64,000 nt of DNA from positions 391,009 to 455,008 of the forward strand of contig JBEKNE010000001.1 in the NCBI GenBank assembly GCA_049523135.1. The letters run 5' to 3'. The DNA comes from Candidatus Microgenomates bacterium (GTDB lineage Bacteria; Patescibacteriota; Microgenomatia; UBA8517). Positions 29,117 through 40,100 of the stretch are shown here, in pieces; within the stretch, counting starts at the first letter, position 1, and each line of letters starts with the position of its first letter. The notes beneath the pieces are model-generated. The model searched no databases, had not been told where the DNA came from, and worked only from the letters and a program-made list of their open reading frames with translations. The translations under genes and the position numbers were made by a program.

Positions 29117-30373
29117 ATGGATTATAAAAATAAAAGAGTAGCGATTTTAGGGTACGGAATTGAGGGACAGGACGCCGAAAAATTTTTTAAATCTCAGGGT
29201 GCCAAAATTACCATTCTTGATAAAAAGCTAGACGAGAATTATCTAAATGATTTATCAAAATTTGATATTATTGTCCGTTCCCCCGGTGTTTACAGATTTT
29301 TACCTCAAATTGTCGAATCGGAAAAATCAGGAGCGGTAATTACCTCCGCTATTAAAATATTTTTTGATGAATGCAAAGGAAAAATTATCGGCGTTACGGG
29401 AACAAAAGGTAAGGGTACTACTTCTTCTTTGATTTATGACATCCTAAAAGCTGGTGGGCGTGATGTTTATTTGAGCGGAAATATAGGCAAGCCGTATTTG
29501 GAGCTTTTGCCAAAACTTACAAAAGATTCATGGGTTGTAATGGAAATGTCTTCGTTTCAGCTGATTGATATGGATGCTTCTCCCTATATTGCCGTGGTAT
29601 TGAATATCACAACGGATCATTTGGATTGGCATAAAGACCGTGAGGAGTACGTAAATGCGAAAAGGAATATCGTAAGTCATCAAAAATCTGATGATTTTGC
29701 TCTTCTGAATGAAGAATATGAAACACCCAAAAGCTTCGCGGAAGTTGCAAAAGGGAAAGTAGTATTCTTTTCCAAGAAAAAGCTTGATCAGGAATATAAA
29801 GAAGGTTTACTTTTGAGAGGTGAACATAATCTGGAAAATATCGCCGCAGCAGTTGAAACCGCCAAAGTTGTTGGAATTAATGAAGATATAATTTTAAAAA
29901 CTGTCAGATCTTTTAAAGGACTTGAACACAGACTTGAATTGGTTGGCACGGTAGACGGAGTTACTTTCTATAACGATTCATTTGCGACAGGCCCTCAGCC
30001 GACAATTGCCGCCATTAATTCTTTTACGGAGCCCGAAACCTTGATTTTGGGAGGGAGCGATAAGGGTTTGGATTATACAGAGTTGGGTGACATGATCGCA
30101 GGAAACAAAAATGTTCAAAATATTATTCTCATCGGTTTTATCAGAAATTTAATAAAAGATGCTTTGAAAAAATCAAATTATTTAGGAGAAATAATAGATT
30201 TGGAAACAAGTCCGATGTCTGAAATTGTCAAAAAAGCAAAAGAAGTTACCCCGAAGGACGGAGTTGTTATTCTTTCTCCGGCAGCCGCGAGTTTTGACAT
30301 GTTCAAAAATTATAAGGATAGAGGAGACCAATTTAAAAACGCTGTCCACCAATTAAATGAAAAAGAAACTTAA
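29117..30373 (+). CDS. murD: UDP-N-acetylmuramoylalanine--D-glutamate ligase
   Basis: KRVAILGYGIEGQ Rossmann motif and IGVTGTKGKGTT P-loop. Confidence 0.85.
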   Translation: MDYKNKRVAILGYGIEGQDAEKFFKSQGAKITILDKKLDENYLNDLSKFDIIVRSPGVYRFLPQIVESEKSGAVITSAIKIFFDECKGKIIGVTGTKGKGTTSSLIYDILKAGGRDVYLSGNIGKPYLELLPKLTKDSWVVMEMSSFQLIDMDASPYIAVVLNITTDHLDWHKDREEYVNAKRNIVSHQKSDDFALLNEEYETPKSFAEVAKGKVVFFSKKKLDQEYKEGLLLRGEHNLENIAAAVETAKVVGINEDIILKTVRSFKGLEHRLELVGTVDGVTFYNDSFATGPQPTIAAINSFTEPETLILGGSDKGLDYTELGDMIAGNKNVQNIILIGFIRNLIKDALKKSNYLGEIIDLETSPMSEIVKKAKEVTPKDGVVILSPAAASFDMFKNYKDRGDQFKNAVHQLNEKET

Positions 30374-31244
30374 AGTTGTAGTTCTATCAGGTGGAAGATC
30401 CTCCGAACGCGAAATATCACTTCTTTCCGGTAAGGAAGTTTTGGCAAATATCGATAAAAGTAGATATAACGCAAAATTACTAATTGTTCCAAAAGTCGGC
30501 AACGAGTGGACTGGGAAGTTGATAAGACTAAAACCAGACCTTATTTTTATTGCACTACACGGAACTTTTGGGGAAGATGGATCGATTCAGGGACTTTTGG
30601 AGCAGGTAAATATTCCCTATACAGGTTCCGGAGTTTTGGCTTCTGCGATAGGAATGGATAAAGTTGTCTTTAAAAAATTAATGAGGTTTGGAAGAATTGA
30701 CGTGCCAAGGGACATTAGGACACCTCCTTGTTTTGTTAAACCGAGTGATCAGGGATCATCCGTTGGTGCATCAATTGTTCTTAATTATAGCGAATTGAAA
30801 TCTGCAATTAAATTAGCCAATAGATATTCGAATAAAGTTTTACTTGAGGAATATTTAAGAGGAAAGGAATTGACATGTGTCGTTATTGGTAACAAAAACC
30901 CAATTGCTTTTCCTATAATTGAAATAAAACCCTTGAAAGGTAAGTTCTTCGATTATGAATCGAAATATACAGAAAGCGGCTCGGAAGAAATTGTTCCTGC
31001 CAGGATTTCGAAAAGTTTGGCAAAGAAGGTACAAAAAATTGCAATAGAGGTTTATAAAGCAGTGGGTTGTAAAGGTTTTGGAAGAGTGGATTTTATTTTA
31101 AAAAACGATAGGCCAATTGTGTTGGAAATAAATACTATTCCTGGGCTAACTCGAATGTCACTTGTTCCCAAGGCTGCGAAAGCAGCAGGTGTTTCCTATT
31201 CAAGACTGCTGGATAAAATAATCGGCTATGCAATTGAAAAATAA
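30357..31244 (+). CDS. ddl: D-alanine--D-alanine ligase
   Basis: KVVVLSGGRSSEREISLLSGKEV and an ATP-grasp C-terminus. Confidence 0.8.
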   Translation: MKKKLKVVVLSGGRSSEREISLLSGKEVLANIDKSRYNAKLLIVPKVGNEWTGKLIRLKPDLIFIALHGTFGEDGSIQGLLEQVNIPYTGSGVLASAIGMDKVVFKKLMRFGRIDVPRDIRTPPCFVKPSDQGSSVGASIVLNYSELKSAIKLANRYSNKVLLEEYLRGKELTCVVIGNKNPIAFPIIEIKPLKGKFFDYESKYTESGSEEIVPARISKSLAKKVQKIAIEVYKAVGCKGFGRVDFILKNDRPIVLEINTIPGLTRMSLVPKAAKAAGVSYSRLLDKIIGYAIEK

Positions 31245-32373
31245 TAAATATAAAACCTGGGTTGAGGTGTCTAAAAAATCACTTTATCACAATATTGGTG
31301 TTTTCCGGAAAAGTATCGGAAAAAAGGTAAATTTAGCCGCTGTTGTTAAAGCTAACGCCTACGGACACGGGTTGAAAGAAATTGTACCCCTGTTGAAAGG
31401 CAAAGTAGATCTCTTAGCGGTAGATAATATTGATGAAGCGCTAATTATTCGTCAAATCGATGCTTCCACTCCGGTATTAATTCTTGGCTATACAACTTTG
31501 GCAAATCTTTCATTACCCATTGAGAATGACGTTTCATTTGTAATTTACAACATGGAAAGTTTAAAAAAGATTGTGTCTCTGAAACCAAAAAAACCTGCAA
31601 AAATTCATTTGAAAATTGAAACAGGACTAAATAGACAGGGGATTCAGAAAAAGGATCTTCTTAAATTTCTTAAATTCATCAAATTGCACAGAGACAGTTT
31701 TATATTGGAAGGCATATCTACCCATTTTGCAAATATTGAGGATACACTTGATCCGAGCTTTGCCAAAAAGCAGCTGATTGAATTTAAAAAGACGCTAAAA
31801 ATTGTTAAGAAAGAAGGCTTTAATCCCCCTTTGATTCATTGCGCGGCATCCGCCGGAACCCTGCTTTACCCTGAAACGCACTTTTCGATGGTGAGAGTCG
31901 GATTTGGTATCTACGGATGGTGGTCTTCACTTGAAACAAGGGTATCGCTTCTGGCGCAAAAACGGGATTTAGTTCTAAGGCCCGTAATAACCTGGAAAAG
32001 CATAGTTGCCCAAATTAAATACCTTGAAGTTGGAGAGTCTGTGGGCTACGGTCAGACGTGGTTTGCTGCCAGAAAAACAAAGATTGCCGTTATACCCGTA
32101 GGCTATTCGGAAGGCTATGATAGAAAACTTTCCAATATCGGTAGGGTTATTATAGACGGACACTATGCCACAATTGTTGGTAGGGTGGCTATGAATATGA
32201 TAATGATTGATGTTACTGATATTAAAAATGTAAAACTTGAGGATGAAGTTGCTCTTTTGGGAAATAAAGACGGACTGAAAATCTCAGCGGATGAAATAGC
32301 AAAGAAAATTGGTACAATAAACTATGAAGTGGTTTCAAGAATTAATCCACTTCTGCCAAGAGTCATAGTATGA
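31228..32373 (+). CDS. alr: Alanine racemase
   Basis: AAVVKANAYGHGLKEIV, the PLP-lysine motif. Confidence 0.8.
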   Translation: MQLKNNKYKTWVEVSKKSLYHNIGVFRKSIGKKVNLAAVVKANAYGHGLKEIVPLLKGKVDLLAVDNIDEALIIRQIDASTPVLILGYTTLANLSLPIENDVSFVIYNMESLKKIVSLKPKKPAKIHLKIETGLNRQGIQKKDLLKFLKFIKLHRDSFILEGISTHFANIEDTLDPSFAKKQLIEFKKTLKIVKKEGFNPPLIHCAASAGTLLYPETHFSMVRVGFGIYGWWSSLETRVSLLAQKRDLVLRPVITWKSIVAQIKYLEVGESVGYGQTWFAARKTKIAVIPVGYSEGYDRKLSNIGRVIIDGHYATIVGRVAMNMIMIDVTDIKNVKLEDEVALLGNKDGLKISADEIAKKIGTINYEVVSRINPLLPRVIV

Positions 32374-33584
32374 AAAAAATTAACCCAATTGTCAGGTGGT
32401 GGGTGACACCGGAACTTCCTCCTGAAGATATCTTTGCTAAACACAATTTCCTTTCTCAATGGCTAATACATCCAATAAAAAGAAGATTGGCAAGACATTA
32501 TTTGAGATTACTGCAAAAATTTACGGATATTAAAGTAATTGCCATAACCGGAAGTACAGGAAAAACCACAACAACTGAAATTCTGGCATCAATTCTTAAA
32601 ACAGTAGATAAAACAGTTTGGTCCAGTGAGGGAATAGACCCTGTTTATAATATCCCCAATACTATTTTGCGAACTTCATGGGGAACAAGATATCTTGTTC
32701 TTGAAATGTCCGTCGAATATCTAAATGAGATGAATTATTATTTATGGTTGGTAAAACCCGATGTTGGAATTATTACGAATATAGCGACAACGCATACCCA
32801 GTTTCTAAAGACAAAAGAAGGCGTGGCTGCAGAAAAGAGTAAACTCATAAAAGTATTAAGTGAAACCGGGGTCGCAGTTCTTAATGTTGAGGATTCACTT
32901 GTAAAATCATTTTCAAAAAATACGAAAGCTAAGATATGTTGGTATGGTGAGGGAAGTGAAATTTATGCTAAAAATGTCAAGTTGAATCAAGATTTGAGTA
33001 CTTCTTTTACTCTGTATATCAATAAGAACAAAAAATATGTTCATATGAATGCTTTTGGTAAACAGTTTGTTAATAATGCTATAGCTTCATCTGCTGCTGC
33101 GTTTTCGTTGGGAGTAAATCTTGAAAATATTGTAAAAGGGATTCAAATATTTAAACTTTCTCCCCATAGATTAAATATTTTTAGAACAGTATCAAACGGG
33201 ATTATTTTTGACGATTCTTATAATAGTAATCCTAAAGCTGCAAACGAATCGCTGGATACTTTTAATTGTCTTGCCGGAGCCAAGACTAAAATTGCAGTGA
33301 TTGGCGATATGCTCGAGCTCGGAAAATTTGAAGAATCTTCTCATAAAGAACTCGGGAAGAAGATTAGTAAAATGGATTTTGAATATTTGATATGTGTAGG
33401 TAGTGCGACAAGATTTGTTCTAGAAGAAGCAAGTAAAGTGATTGGCGAAAATAAATGTTTTTTGACAACAAACTGGTCGGAAGCTCTTGGAATTATTAAG
33501 CCACTACTTGGTCATGATACGGCACTTTTTGTTAAAGGATCACGTTCAATTTATCTTGATAAGTTAGTTCATTCGCTTACCTAA
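32370..33584 (+). CDS. murF: UDP-MurNAc-tripeptide--D-alanyl-D-alanine ligase
   Basis: IAITGSTGKTTTTEILASIL. Confidence 0.8.
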   Translation: MKKINPIVRWWVTPELPPEDIFAKHNFLSQWLIHPIKRRLARHYLRLLQKFTDIKVIAITGSTGKTTTTEILASILKTVDKTVWSSEGIDPVYNIPNTILRTSWGTRYLVLEMSVEYLNEMNYYLWLVKPDVGIITNIATTHTQFLKTKEGVAAEKSKLIKVLSETGVAVLNVEDSLVKSFSKNTKAKICWYGEGSEIYAKNVKLNQDLSTSFTLYINKNKKYVHMNAFGKQFVNNAIASSAAAFSLGVNLENIVKGIQIFKLSPHRLNIFRTVSNGIIFDDSYNSNPKAANESLDTFNCLAGAKTKIAVIGDMLELGKFEESSHKELGKKISKMDFEYLICVGSATRFVLEEASKVIGENKCFLTTNWSEALGIIKPLLGHDTALFVKGSRSIYLDKLVHSLT

Positions 33585-33613
33585 TTGCCTCTTATTTCAC
33601 GCAAGACTATAAT
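33585..33613 (+). promoter_or_regulatory. Internal dcw promoter TTGCCT-17-TATAAT upstream of mraY
   Basis: TTGCCT at 33585-33590, 17-nt spacer, TATAAT at 33608-33613, 17 nt before the ATG. Confidence 0.4.
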
Positions 33614-33630
33614 CTTTATAGACCGGACAT

Positions 33631-34680
33631 ATGACAAATTACTTAACTTTGACCTTGGGATTAATTATTTTCTCTTTTCTTGTCAGTTTGGTACTAATAG
33701 TTCCTTTCATAGATCTTCTTTATAAACTGCATTTGACCAGGAGACGCGAGGCTCCAAAGAGCGGTAAAATTCCGCTTTTTGATAAGCTTCACGATATTAA
33801 AGTTGGAACCCCTGTTGGTGGAGGGGTATTAATAATAGTTTTGGTTTGTTTGTTTTTTCTAATCATCTTTCCCTTGGCCTCCCGCTTGGGTATATATATT
33901 AAAAGTTCTTTTTCGTTGAGGGGGGAGCTTTTTGTAATATTTTTTACTTTTATATCTTTTGGGCTATTGGGTTTATCCGACGATCTTTTAAAAATTTTCG
34001 GTAAGCCATCTAAAGGAGTACTGGGTTTATGGTTTGGGCTAAGACGTTCTCAGAAATTTGTTTTGCAATGCATCCTTGCGCTTTTTGTTGGATTTTTTAT
34101 TTATAGGTATTTGGGTATAAGCATATTAAATATTCCTATTATTCATCAGGTTTACAACCTTGGGATTTGGTATATTCCATTTTCCGCGTTTGTGATTGTT
34201 GCTTTTACTAATGCTTTCAATATTACCGACGGCCTTGACGGACTTGCCGTGGGACTGCTCATAATTTGCTTATGTTCTTTTGAAATAATTGCAGCAGGGA
34301 ATCTTGATACTCCACTTTCCTTCTTCATTTCGTTGCTTGTCGGTTGTCTTATTGCGTTTCTTTACTTTAATGTTTGGCCGGCAAGAGTTTTTTTGGGAGA
34401 TGCGGGAGCACTTTCCTTCGGAGCTACTCTTGCGGTTATTGGCCTTTTAACCGGTAAAATTATTGCCTTGGTAATTATTGGAGGAGTTTTTGTTATTGAG
34501 GTAACATCTTCCTTAGTTCAGATGCTTGGTTGGAAAATACTAAAAAAACCTATTTTTCCGTTGGCTCCGATTCACCACGCGTTTTTAGCCCGAGGATGGA
34601 AAGAACCCAAGATTGTGATGAGAGCTTGGATTGTTGGTTTCCTTCTGGCTATTTTTGGTCTTTGGCTAGCGACCATATAA
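33631..34680 (+). CDS. mraY: Phospho-N-acetylmuramoyl-pentapeptide transferase
   Basis: NAFNITDGLDGLAVG signature. 10 TM helices. Confidence 0.9.
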   Translation: MTNYLTLTLGLIIFSFLVSLVLIVPFIDLLYKLHLTRRREAPKSGKIPLFDKLHDIKVGTPVGGGVLIIVLVCLFFLIIFPLASRLGIYIKSSFSLRGELFVIFFTFISFGLLGLSDDLLKIFGKPSKGVLGLWFGLRRSQKFVLQCILALFVGFFIYRYLGISILNIPIIHQVYNLGIWYIPFSAFVIVAFTNAFNITDGLDGLAVGLLIICLCSFEIIAAGNLDTPLSFFISLLVGCLIAFLYFNVWPARVFLGDAGALSFGATLAVIGLLTGKIIALVIIGGVFVIEVTSSLVQMLGWKILKKPIFPLAPIHHAFLARGWKEPKIVMRAWIVGFLLAIFGLWLATI

Positions 34681-34689
34681 ATTTTCCAA

Positions 34690-35796
34690 GTGAAAAACAG
34701 AAAATTGGTACTGTCCAAACAAAATAAATCATTTGATCGTAATTTATTTTTTTTAATATTGGTTTTTGTAATTATTGGAATCATTGCTGTTGCCGATGTT
34801 TCCGCTCCTCAGGCCCTAAACACTTATGGTGATAAATTTTATTTATTAAAAGAGCAGGCAATATCCGCCGCTATCGGTCTTACTGCCTTTTTTGTATTAT
34901 CCAGAATCAAATATACCGTTTGGGAGAAAGTTGCCACCCCGCTTTTTTTTATTTCTTTGCTTTTTTTGCTTTTAGTTCTTTTGGAACGTTTTGGTCTTAC
35001 AGCTCTTGGCGCCAGGCGTTGGATTAGTCTGGGTCCTATTAATTTTCAACCGTCGGAATTTATAAAATTTACAATTTGTATTTATTTGGCAAAAGTTGCA
35101 TCTTCAGGTAAAGGACCACTTTCGTATTTCGTGCCGTTAGTTCTTGTGGCGGGTTTAATCATTTTACAGCCGGATTTAGGTACTACTCTGGTTGTTTTGA
35201 TAATAGGTATATCTCAAATTTTTGTCTCGGGGGTTAATTTGTTTTATATTTTTGGTGCTCTGGGTGTTGGGGGAATTGCTACGGCTCTACTTGTTATGCT
35301 TTCTCCTTACAGGAAAGACAGGCTTAATACGTTTTTACAGGCAACAACCGATCCACTTGGTAAATCCTACCATATTCGACAGATTCTTTTGGCATTAGGT
35401 TCGGGTGGAATTTTTGGTGTGGGGTTGGGAGCTTCGAGACAGAAATATTTGTTTTTACCCGAAGCATCGACCGATTCCATTTTTGCGGTGATTGCTGAAG
35501 AATTGGGTTTAATAGGAGCCGGAGTTTTAATACTTTTATTTGTTTTTCTGATTATAAAAGGTTTAAAAATAGCTAAGGATGCTCCGGATAAATTTGCTCA
35601 GGTTTTAGCGGTTGGTATTTCAGCTTGGATAGGCGGACAGGCGTTTCTAAATATCGCATCAATGGTTTCATTAGTTCCTTTGACGGGTATACCGTTACCG
35701 TTTATTTCCTACGGTGGTAGCAGTTTAGTGATGATACTCTCTGCATGCGGTATACTTCTTAATATATCCAGATATGCCACAAGTGAACGCAAATAG
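34690..35796 (+). CDS. ftsW: SEDS-family peptidoglycan glycosyltransferase FtsW
   Basis: SEDS motifs (PSEFIK, SDSIFAVIAEELGLIG). Confidence 0.8.
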   Translation: MKNRKLVLSKQNKSFDRNLFFLILVFVIIGIIAVADVSAPQALNTYGDKFYLLKEQAISAAIGLTAFFVLSRIKYTVWEKVATPLFFISLLFLLLVLLERFGLTALGARRWISLGPINFQPSEFIKFTICIYLAKVASSGKGPLSYFVPLVLVAGLIILQPDLGTTLVVLIIGISQIFVSGVNLFYIFGALGVGGIATALLVMLSPYRKDRLNTFLQATTDPLGKSYHIRQILLALGSGGIFGVGLGASRQKYLFLPEASTDSIFAVIAEELGLIGAGVLILLFVFLIIKGLKIAKDAPDKFAQVLAVGISAWIGGQAFLNIASMVSLVPLTGIPLPFISYGGSSLVMILSACGILLNISRYATSERK

Positions 35797-36886
35797 ATTG
35801 GTTTTAACGGGTGGTCATGCGGCAACTACTGCAGTTGCCGTTGTGGAAGAAATAAGATCGGAAGGTAAGAATTGGAAACTCTATTGGATTGGAGTTAGGA
35901 ATGCGATAGAGGGAAAAAAAATAGTTACGTTGGAATCGGAAGCCTTACCTCGGCTTGGAGTTAAATTCCTACCTTTGACAACAGGAAGAATTCAAAGAAG
36001 ATTCACTTTATGGACAATCCCTTCAATTTTAAAAATTCCCGTAGGTTTTGTACAATCCGTTTACTATTTACTTAAAATTAAGCCAAAGGCCGTTCTTTCT
36101 TTTGGGGGTTTTGCTTCTTTTCCGGTAGTGGTTATGGCCAAATTTTTGAGAATCCCTGTTATTATTCACGAGCAAACTTCTGCTGCGGGTAGGGCAAACA
36201 TTTTTTCTGCAAGATTTGCTTCAAAGATAGCTTTGTCCCGAAAGGAAAGTACTGTATTTTTCCCGAATTCAAAATGCGAGGTTGTGGGAAATCCAGTAAT
36301 GAGCGAAATAGAGAGCGTAAAGCCCAAACTTAAATTATCGAATCCCCCTGTAATATTTATAACCGGCGGTTCAAGGGGATCCCAAAGCATTAATTTTGCT
36401 GTTGAAAAGATCATCAAAAAACTTCTTTCAAAATATAAAGTTATTCATCAGACAGGGGGACTGGACTATTTAAAGTTCTCGGATATTTGTCAAAAACTTC
36501 CCCAAGCTCTTAGGGATAATTATGAAGTGTTTATTAGAGTTAATCCCCTCGATGTTGCCAAGATATACGCCAAGACGGATATTGTTGTAGGAAGGGCGGG
36601 GGCAAATACCGTTTCCGAGATAATGACGGTAAAGCGTCCGGCAATATTAATTCCGCTTTCAATAAGTTTTATGGATGAACAAACAAGAAACGCAAGAATT
36701 GCAAAAAAATGGGGTATTGCGGAAATCATATCTCAGAGTAATCTGTCGCCCGAAGTATTATTTAAAGAAATAGAAAACCTAATTACTCATTATTCCGAAA
36801 TAGTTAATAAAGTCAAATCAAAGGACGGTCCGGACAAAGAAGCTTCGAAAAAGATAGTATCTTTACTTAGCTTTTACATGAAGTGA
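35774..36886 (+). CDS. murG: UDP-GlcNAc:lipid I GlcNAc transferase
   Basis: LTGGHAATTAV N-terminus and ITGGSRGSQSIN motif. Confidence 0.8.
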   Translation: MPQVNANRLVLTGGHAATTAVAVVEEIRSEGKNWKLYWIGVRNAIEGKKIVTLESEALPRLGVKFLPLTTGRIQRRFTLWTIPSILKIPVGFVQSVYYLLKIKPKAVLSFGGFASFPVVVMAKFLRIPVIIHEQTSAAGRANIFSARFASKIALSRKESTVFFPNSKCEVVGNPVMSEIESVKPKLKLSNPPVIFITGGSRGSQSINFAVEKIIKKLLSKYKVIHQTGGLDYLKFSDICQKLPQALRDNYEVFIRVNPLDVAKIYAKTDIVVGRAGANTVSEIMTVKRPAILIPLSISFMDEQTRNARIAKKWGIAEIISQSNLSPEVLFKEIENLITHYSEIVNKVKSKDGPDKEASKKIVSLLSFYMK

Positions 36887-37557
36887 GAAAATTCTTAGCC
36901 TTTCTTTCTATCGGAATATTATTTTTGGTAATTATTCTTTCTCAATTTTTTATTAGTGCACAAGTTAGTTGTAGTAGCCAATACGGAGCTTGTCCTGAAA
37001 ATGTACTTAGCGAAATTTCACCACTTAACGGTAAAAAATTGTTTTTTGTACGAAATGGACTTAAAAAAGTTTTTAGTTCCAGTTATCTAATTTCAGCTTA
37101 CTCACTTCAATTTAGACTGCCAAACACTATTCAAGTAGACGTTCTGGTTAAAAAACCCTTATTTGCCCTCAAAAGTGATTCTTCGGAGTCGTATGCATTA
37201 ATAGACAAGGATGGAACAGTACTTTCAGTTGAAGGTAGTTCCGAACTGCCTACGCTTGGTGTAAGTGAAGATTTACCTAAAGTTGGACAAAAAGTTAGTG
37301 ATAAAGACCTTTTCGCCTTGGATTTGATTGACGGCTTATATAAAATGTATCAGATAAGAAGTGGAATGATACAGGAAGATACTTTGCTTGTTGATCTTCC
37401 CGGTCCAGTAAGAGTAATATTTCCATTAGTAGGTGCCGATCGTAACATACTACTGGGTTCTTTGAGCTTGATATACTCAAATATTCAAAGTGGAGAAAAT
37501 AAAACTTTATATACAGAAATTGATATGAGATACAAAAATCCGGTATTAAGACAATAA
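36883..37557 (+). CDS. ftsQ: FtsQ/DivIB-like cell-division protein (TM plus POTRA-like)
   Basis: 224 aa bitopic. Sits between murG and ftsA. Confidence 0.45.
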   Translation: MRKFLAFLSIGILFLVIILSQFFISAQVSCSSQYGACPENVLSEISPLNGKKLFFVRNGLKKVFSSSYLISAYSLQFRLPNTIQVDVLVKKPLFALKSDSSESYALIDKDGTVLSVEGSSELPTLGVSEDLPKVGQKVSDKDLFALDLIDGLYKMYQIRSGMIQEDTLLVDLPGPVRVIFPLVGADRNILLGSLSLIYSNIQSGENKTLYTEIDMRYKNPVLRQ

Positions 37558-37559
37558 AG

Positions 37560-38822
37560 ATGAGTAAATCCAGAATCATTGCTGCTATTGATATAGGGTC
37601 TAGTAAAATTGCCACATTGATTAGTCAGGTTGTTGTGGACCCCGTTACCGGTGAAAGTACGGTGAACGTTGTGGGCGCAGCTCAATCAGAGTCAAAAGGT
37701 ATTAAAAAAGGACAAATAGTTGATATTGATGAAGCTGTTGAAGCAACAATTACTTCAGTTGAAGCCGCGGAACGCATGGCCGGCTATAATCTTGATAATG
37801 CCTATATTTCTTTGGGAGGTGCACATATACATTCCCAAAATTCTCACGGAGTGGTTGCCGTTTCGGATCCGAATGAAGAGATTACCCAAAGTGATGTTGA
37901 CAGGGCGATTGAGGCTGCGTCAGCGGTTTCCCTACCGGTATCACGCGAAGTTATTTTTGTTGTGCCTAGGGAGTTTATTGTTGATGGTGAAGCTGGAGTT
38001 CGGGATGCGGTAGGAATGAGTGGGGTAAGGCTTGAAGTTGACACACATATTGTCTCGGCTGCCTCTGCGGCCTTGAAAAATGTAAGAAAAGCGGTTAACG
38101 AGGTGGGAATCCAAACTGAAGAAATTGTTTTTTCCGGAATAGCATCTGCCGAATCGGTTCTTTCTTCAACCGAGAAGGAATTAGGCTGTGTTCTTATAGA
38201 TATCGGTGGAGGAACAACATCGATAGCCGCATACATAGACGGCTCCATTGCTTACTCGGGTGTAATTCCAATCGGAGCAAAAAATGTAACTAATGATTTG
38301 GCAATTGGCCTTCGGGTTTCACTAGAAACCGCGGAAAAAATTAAAATTGCCCTTTCGGACAAGAGAAAGAAAGATAAAGATGAGGGTGATGAGATGAATT
38401 TGGAAGAACTGGAAGTAACCGAAATTAAAAAAATTTCCAAAAAGACTCTTCTTGAAGGAATTATTAGGCCGAGATTAAATGAAATTTTTTCTATGGTTAA
38501 AATCGAATTGGAGAGGGAGGGCATGGCAAACAGGATTCCTGCGGGAGCAATTATTACCGGAGGCGGAGCGGAAACTGCCGGTGTTACGGATTCCGCAAAG
38601 AGAATACTTTCTGTACCCGTTAGAATCGGGATACCAAAAGGAGTGGGAGGTTTAATTGATGATATTATCACTCCATCTTTTGCTACGGGTGTCGGGCTTT
38701 TGATTTACGGTGCCAAAGCAAAACCTTTAGAGAACTTGACAAGTTTTACAAAAAAGATGAAACTACCTTCAGTTGGAATTTTCGGCAAATTGATTGACAG
38801 CGTAAAAAATCTTTTGCCTTGA
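37560..38822 (+). CDS. ftsA: Cell-division protein FtsA
   Basis: [17 protein letters not shown] actin-fold N-terminus. Confidence 0.85.
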   Translation: MSKSRIIAAIDIGSSKIATLISQVVVDPVTGESTVNVVGAAQSESKGIKKGQIVDIDEAVEATITSVEAAERMAGYNLDNAYISLGGAHIHSQNSHGVVAVSDPNEEITQSDVDRAIEAASAVSLPVSREVIFVVPREFIVDGEAGVRDAVGMSGVRLEVDTHIVSAASAALKNVRKAVNEVGIQTEEIVFSGIASAESVLSSTEKELGCVLIDIGGGTTSIAAYIDGSIAYSGVIPIGAKNVTNDLAIGLRVSLETAEKIKIALSDKRKKDKDEGDEMNLEELEVTEIKKISKKTLLEGIIRPRLNEIFSMVKIELEREGMANRIPAGAIITGGGAETAGVTDSAKRILSVPVRIGIPKGVGGLIDDIITPSFATGVGLLIYGAKAKPLENLTSFTKKMKLPSVGIFGKLIDSVKNLLP

Positions 38823-38874
38823 GTTTTTCTTCTGCCCAAGGTACAATTCTGCCACAAGTGTTTTAGAAATTTAT

Positions 38875-40044
38875 ATGGCTCTAGTTAAACCTGATTCTGC
38901 AAGAATCGCAAAAATAAAAGTTATAGGAGTTGGTGGTGGTGGTGGAAATGCTATTGCCTCAATGATTGACGGCGGACTTATTAATGGAGTTGAATTTATT
39001 GTGATAAATACGGATGCACAAGTTCTTCTTAATAATAAAGCCCCGACTAAGCTTCAAATAGGTGAAAAACTTACTAAGGGTCTTGGGGTTGGTGGAAATC
39101 CTGAAATTGGTCGTCAAGCGGCCGAGGAATCTGTGGAAAAAATAAAAGAGTTTCTTATTGATACGGATATGGTTTTTGTGACGGCCGGAATGGGTGGCGG
39201 AACCGGAACTGGGGCATCTCCAATTATTGCCCAACTTGCAAGAGAGGCAGGTGCTCTTACGGTTGGAGTAGTAACTAAACCCTTCGCATTTGAAGGTGCG
39301 AGGAGAATGATTGCCGCTGAAGAGGGAATCGAAAAACTTAAGGAAGCGACAGATACTCTTATTGTTATTCCTAATCAAAGACTGATGGACGTGATAGATA
39401 GAAAGATGACTCTGCTTGAAGCTTTTAAGGTTGTTGATTCCGTTCTCGGACAAGGTGTTGGCGGAATTGCCGATATTATTACTACTCCGGGGCTGGTTAA
39501 CGTAGATTTTGCTGACGTAAAGACAATAATGAATAACGCCGGTAGCGCTCTTTTAGGAATAGGTACCGGAGTTGGGGAAAATAGAGCACAAATGGCCGCC
39601 CGTGCAGCTATTTCATCACCCCTTCTTGACTTATCTATTGAGGGAGCCCGCGGGGTACTTTTCAATATTGCCGGTGGAAACGATCTGACTATGTTTGAAG
39701 TGGATGAAGCGGCCCGTATTATTTCTTCTGCTGCCGATCCCGACGCGAATGTTATTTTTGGGGCTGTAATAAAACCCGATTTGAGTGATCAGGTAAAAAT
39801 TACTGTTATAGCCACCGGTTTTGACGAAACTCGGTCCCGATTGGCCCAAATGAGTCAAACTTCAATTCAGAAACCGGTTGTTCAAGGGGTGGTTAGTGAA
39901 CCTATGACAAGAAATGAAGAGCAAGATGGGGATGAGCATGAAAATGAGAGTGAACCTTCGGAAGATGCAAATAGATCTTCCAAAGATGAAGATGTATTTG
40001 GCGAGAAATTTGAGATTCCAGCATTCCTCCGGAAAATCCACTAA
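38875..40044 (+). CDS. ftsZ: Cell-division GTPase FtsZ
   Basis: GVGGGGGNA tubulin signature and NTDAQ. Acidic C-terminal tail. Confidence 0.9.
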   Translation: MALVKPDSARIAKIKVIGVGGGGGNAIASMIDGGLINGVEFIVINTDAQVLLNNKAPTKLQIGEKLTKGLGVGGNPEIGRQAAEESVEKIKEFLIDTDMVFVTAGMGGGTGTGASPIIAQLAREAGALTVGVVTKPFAFEGARRMIAAEEGIEKLKEATDTLIVIPNQRLMDVIDRKMTLLEAFKVVDSVLGQGVGGIADIITTPGLVNVDFADVKTIMNNAGSALLGIGTGVGENRAQMAARAAISSPLLDLSIEGARGVLFNIAGGNDLTMFEVDEAARIISSAADPDANVIFGAVIKPDLSDQVKITVIATGFDETRSRLAQMSQTSIQKPVVQGVVSEPMTRNEEQDGDEHENESEPSEDANRSSKDEDVFGEKFEIPAFLRKIH

Positions 40045-40063
40045 AGACCGCGGTAAGCGTAGC

Positions 40064-40092
40064 TTGGCACCAACCTTCGGTTGTTGTAAAAT
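40064..40092 (+). promoter_or_regulatory. TTGGCA-17-TAAAAT promoter ending 8 nt before the ileS ATG
   Basis: TTGGCA at 40064-40069, 17-nt spacer, (tg)TAAAAT at 40087-40092, ggcttcat, then ATG at 40101. Confidence 0.45.
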
Positions 40093-40100
40093 GGCTTCAT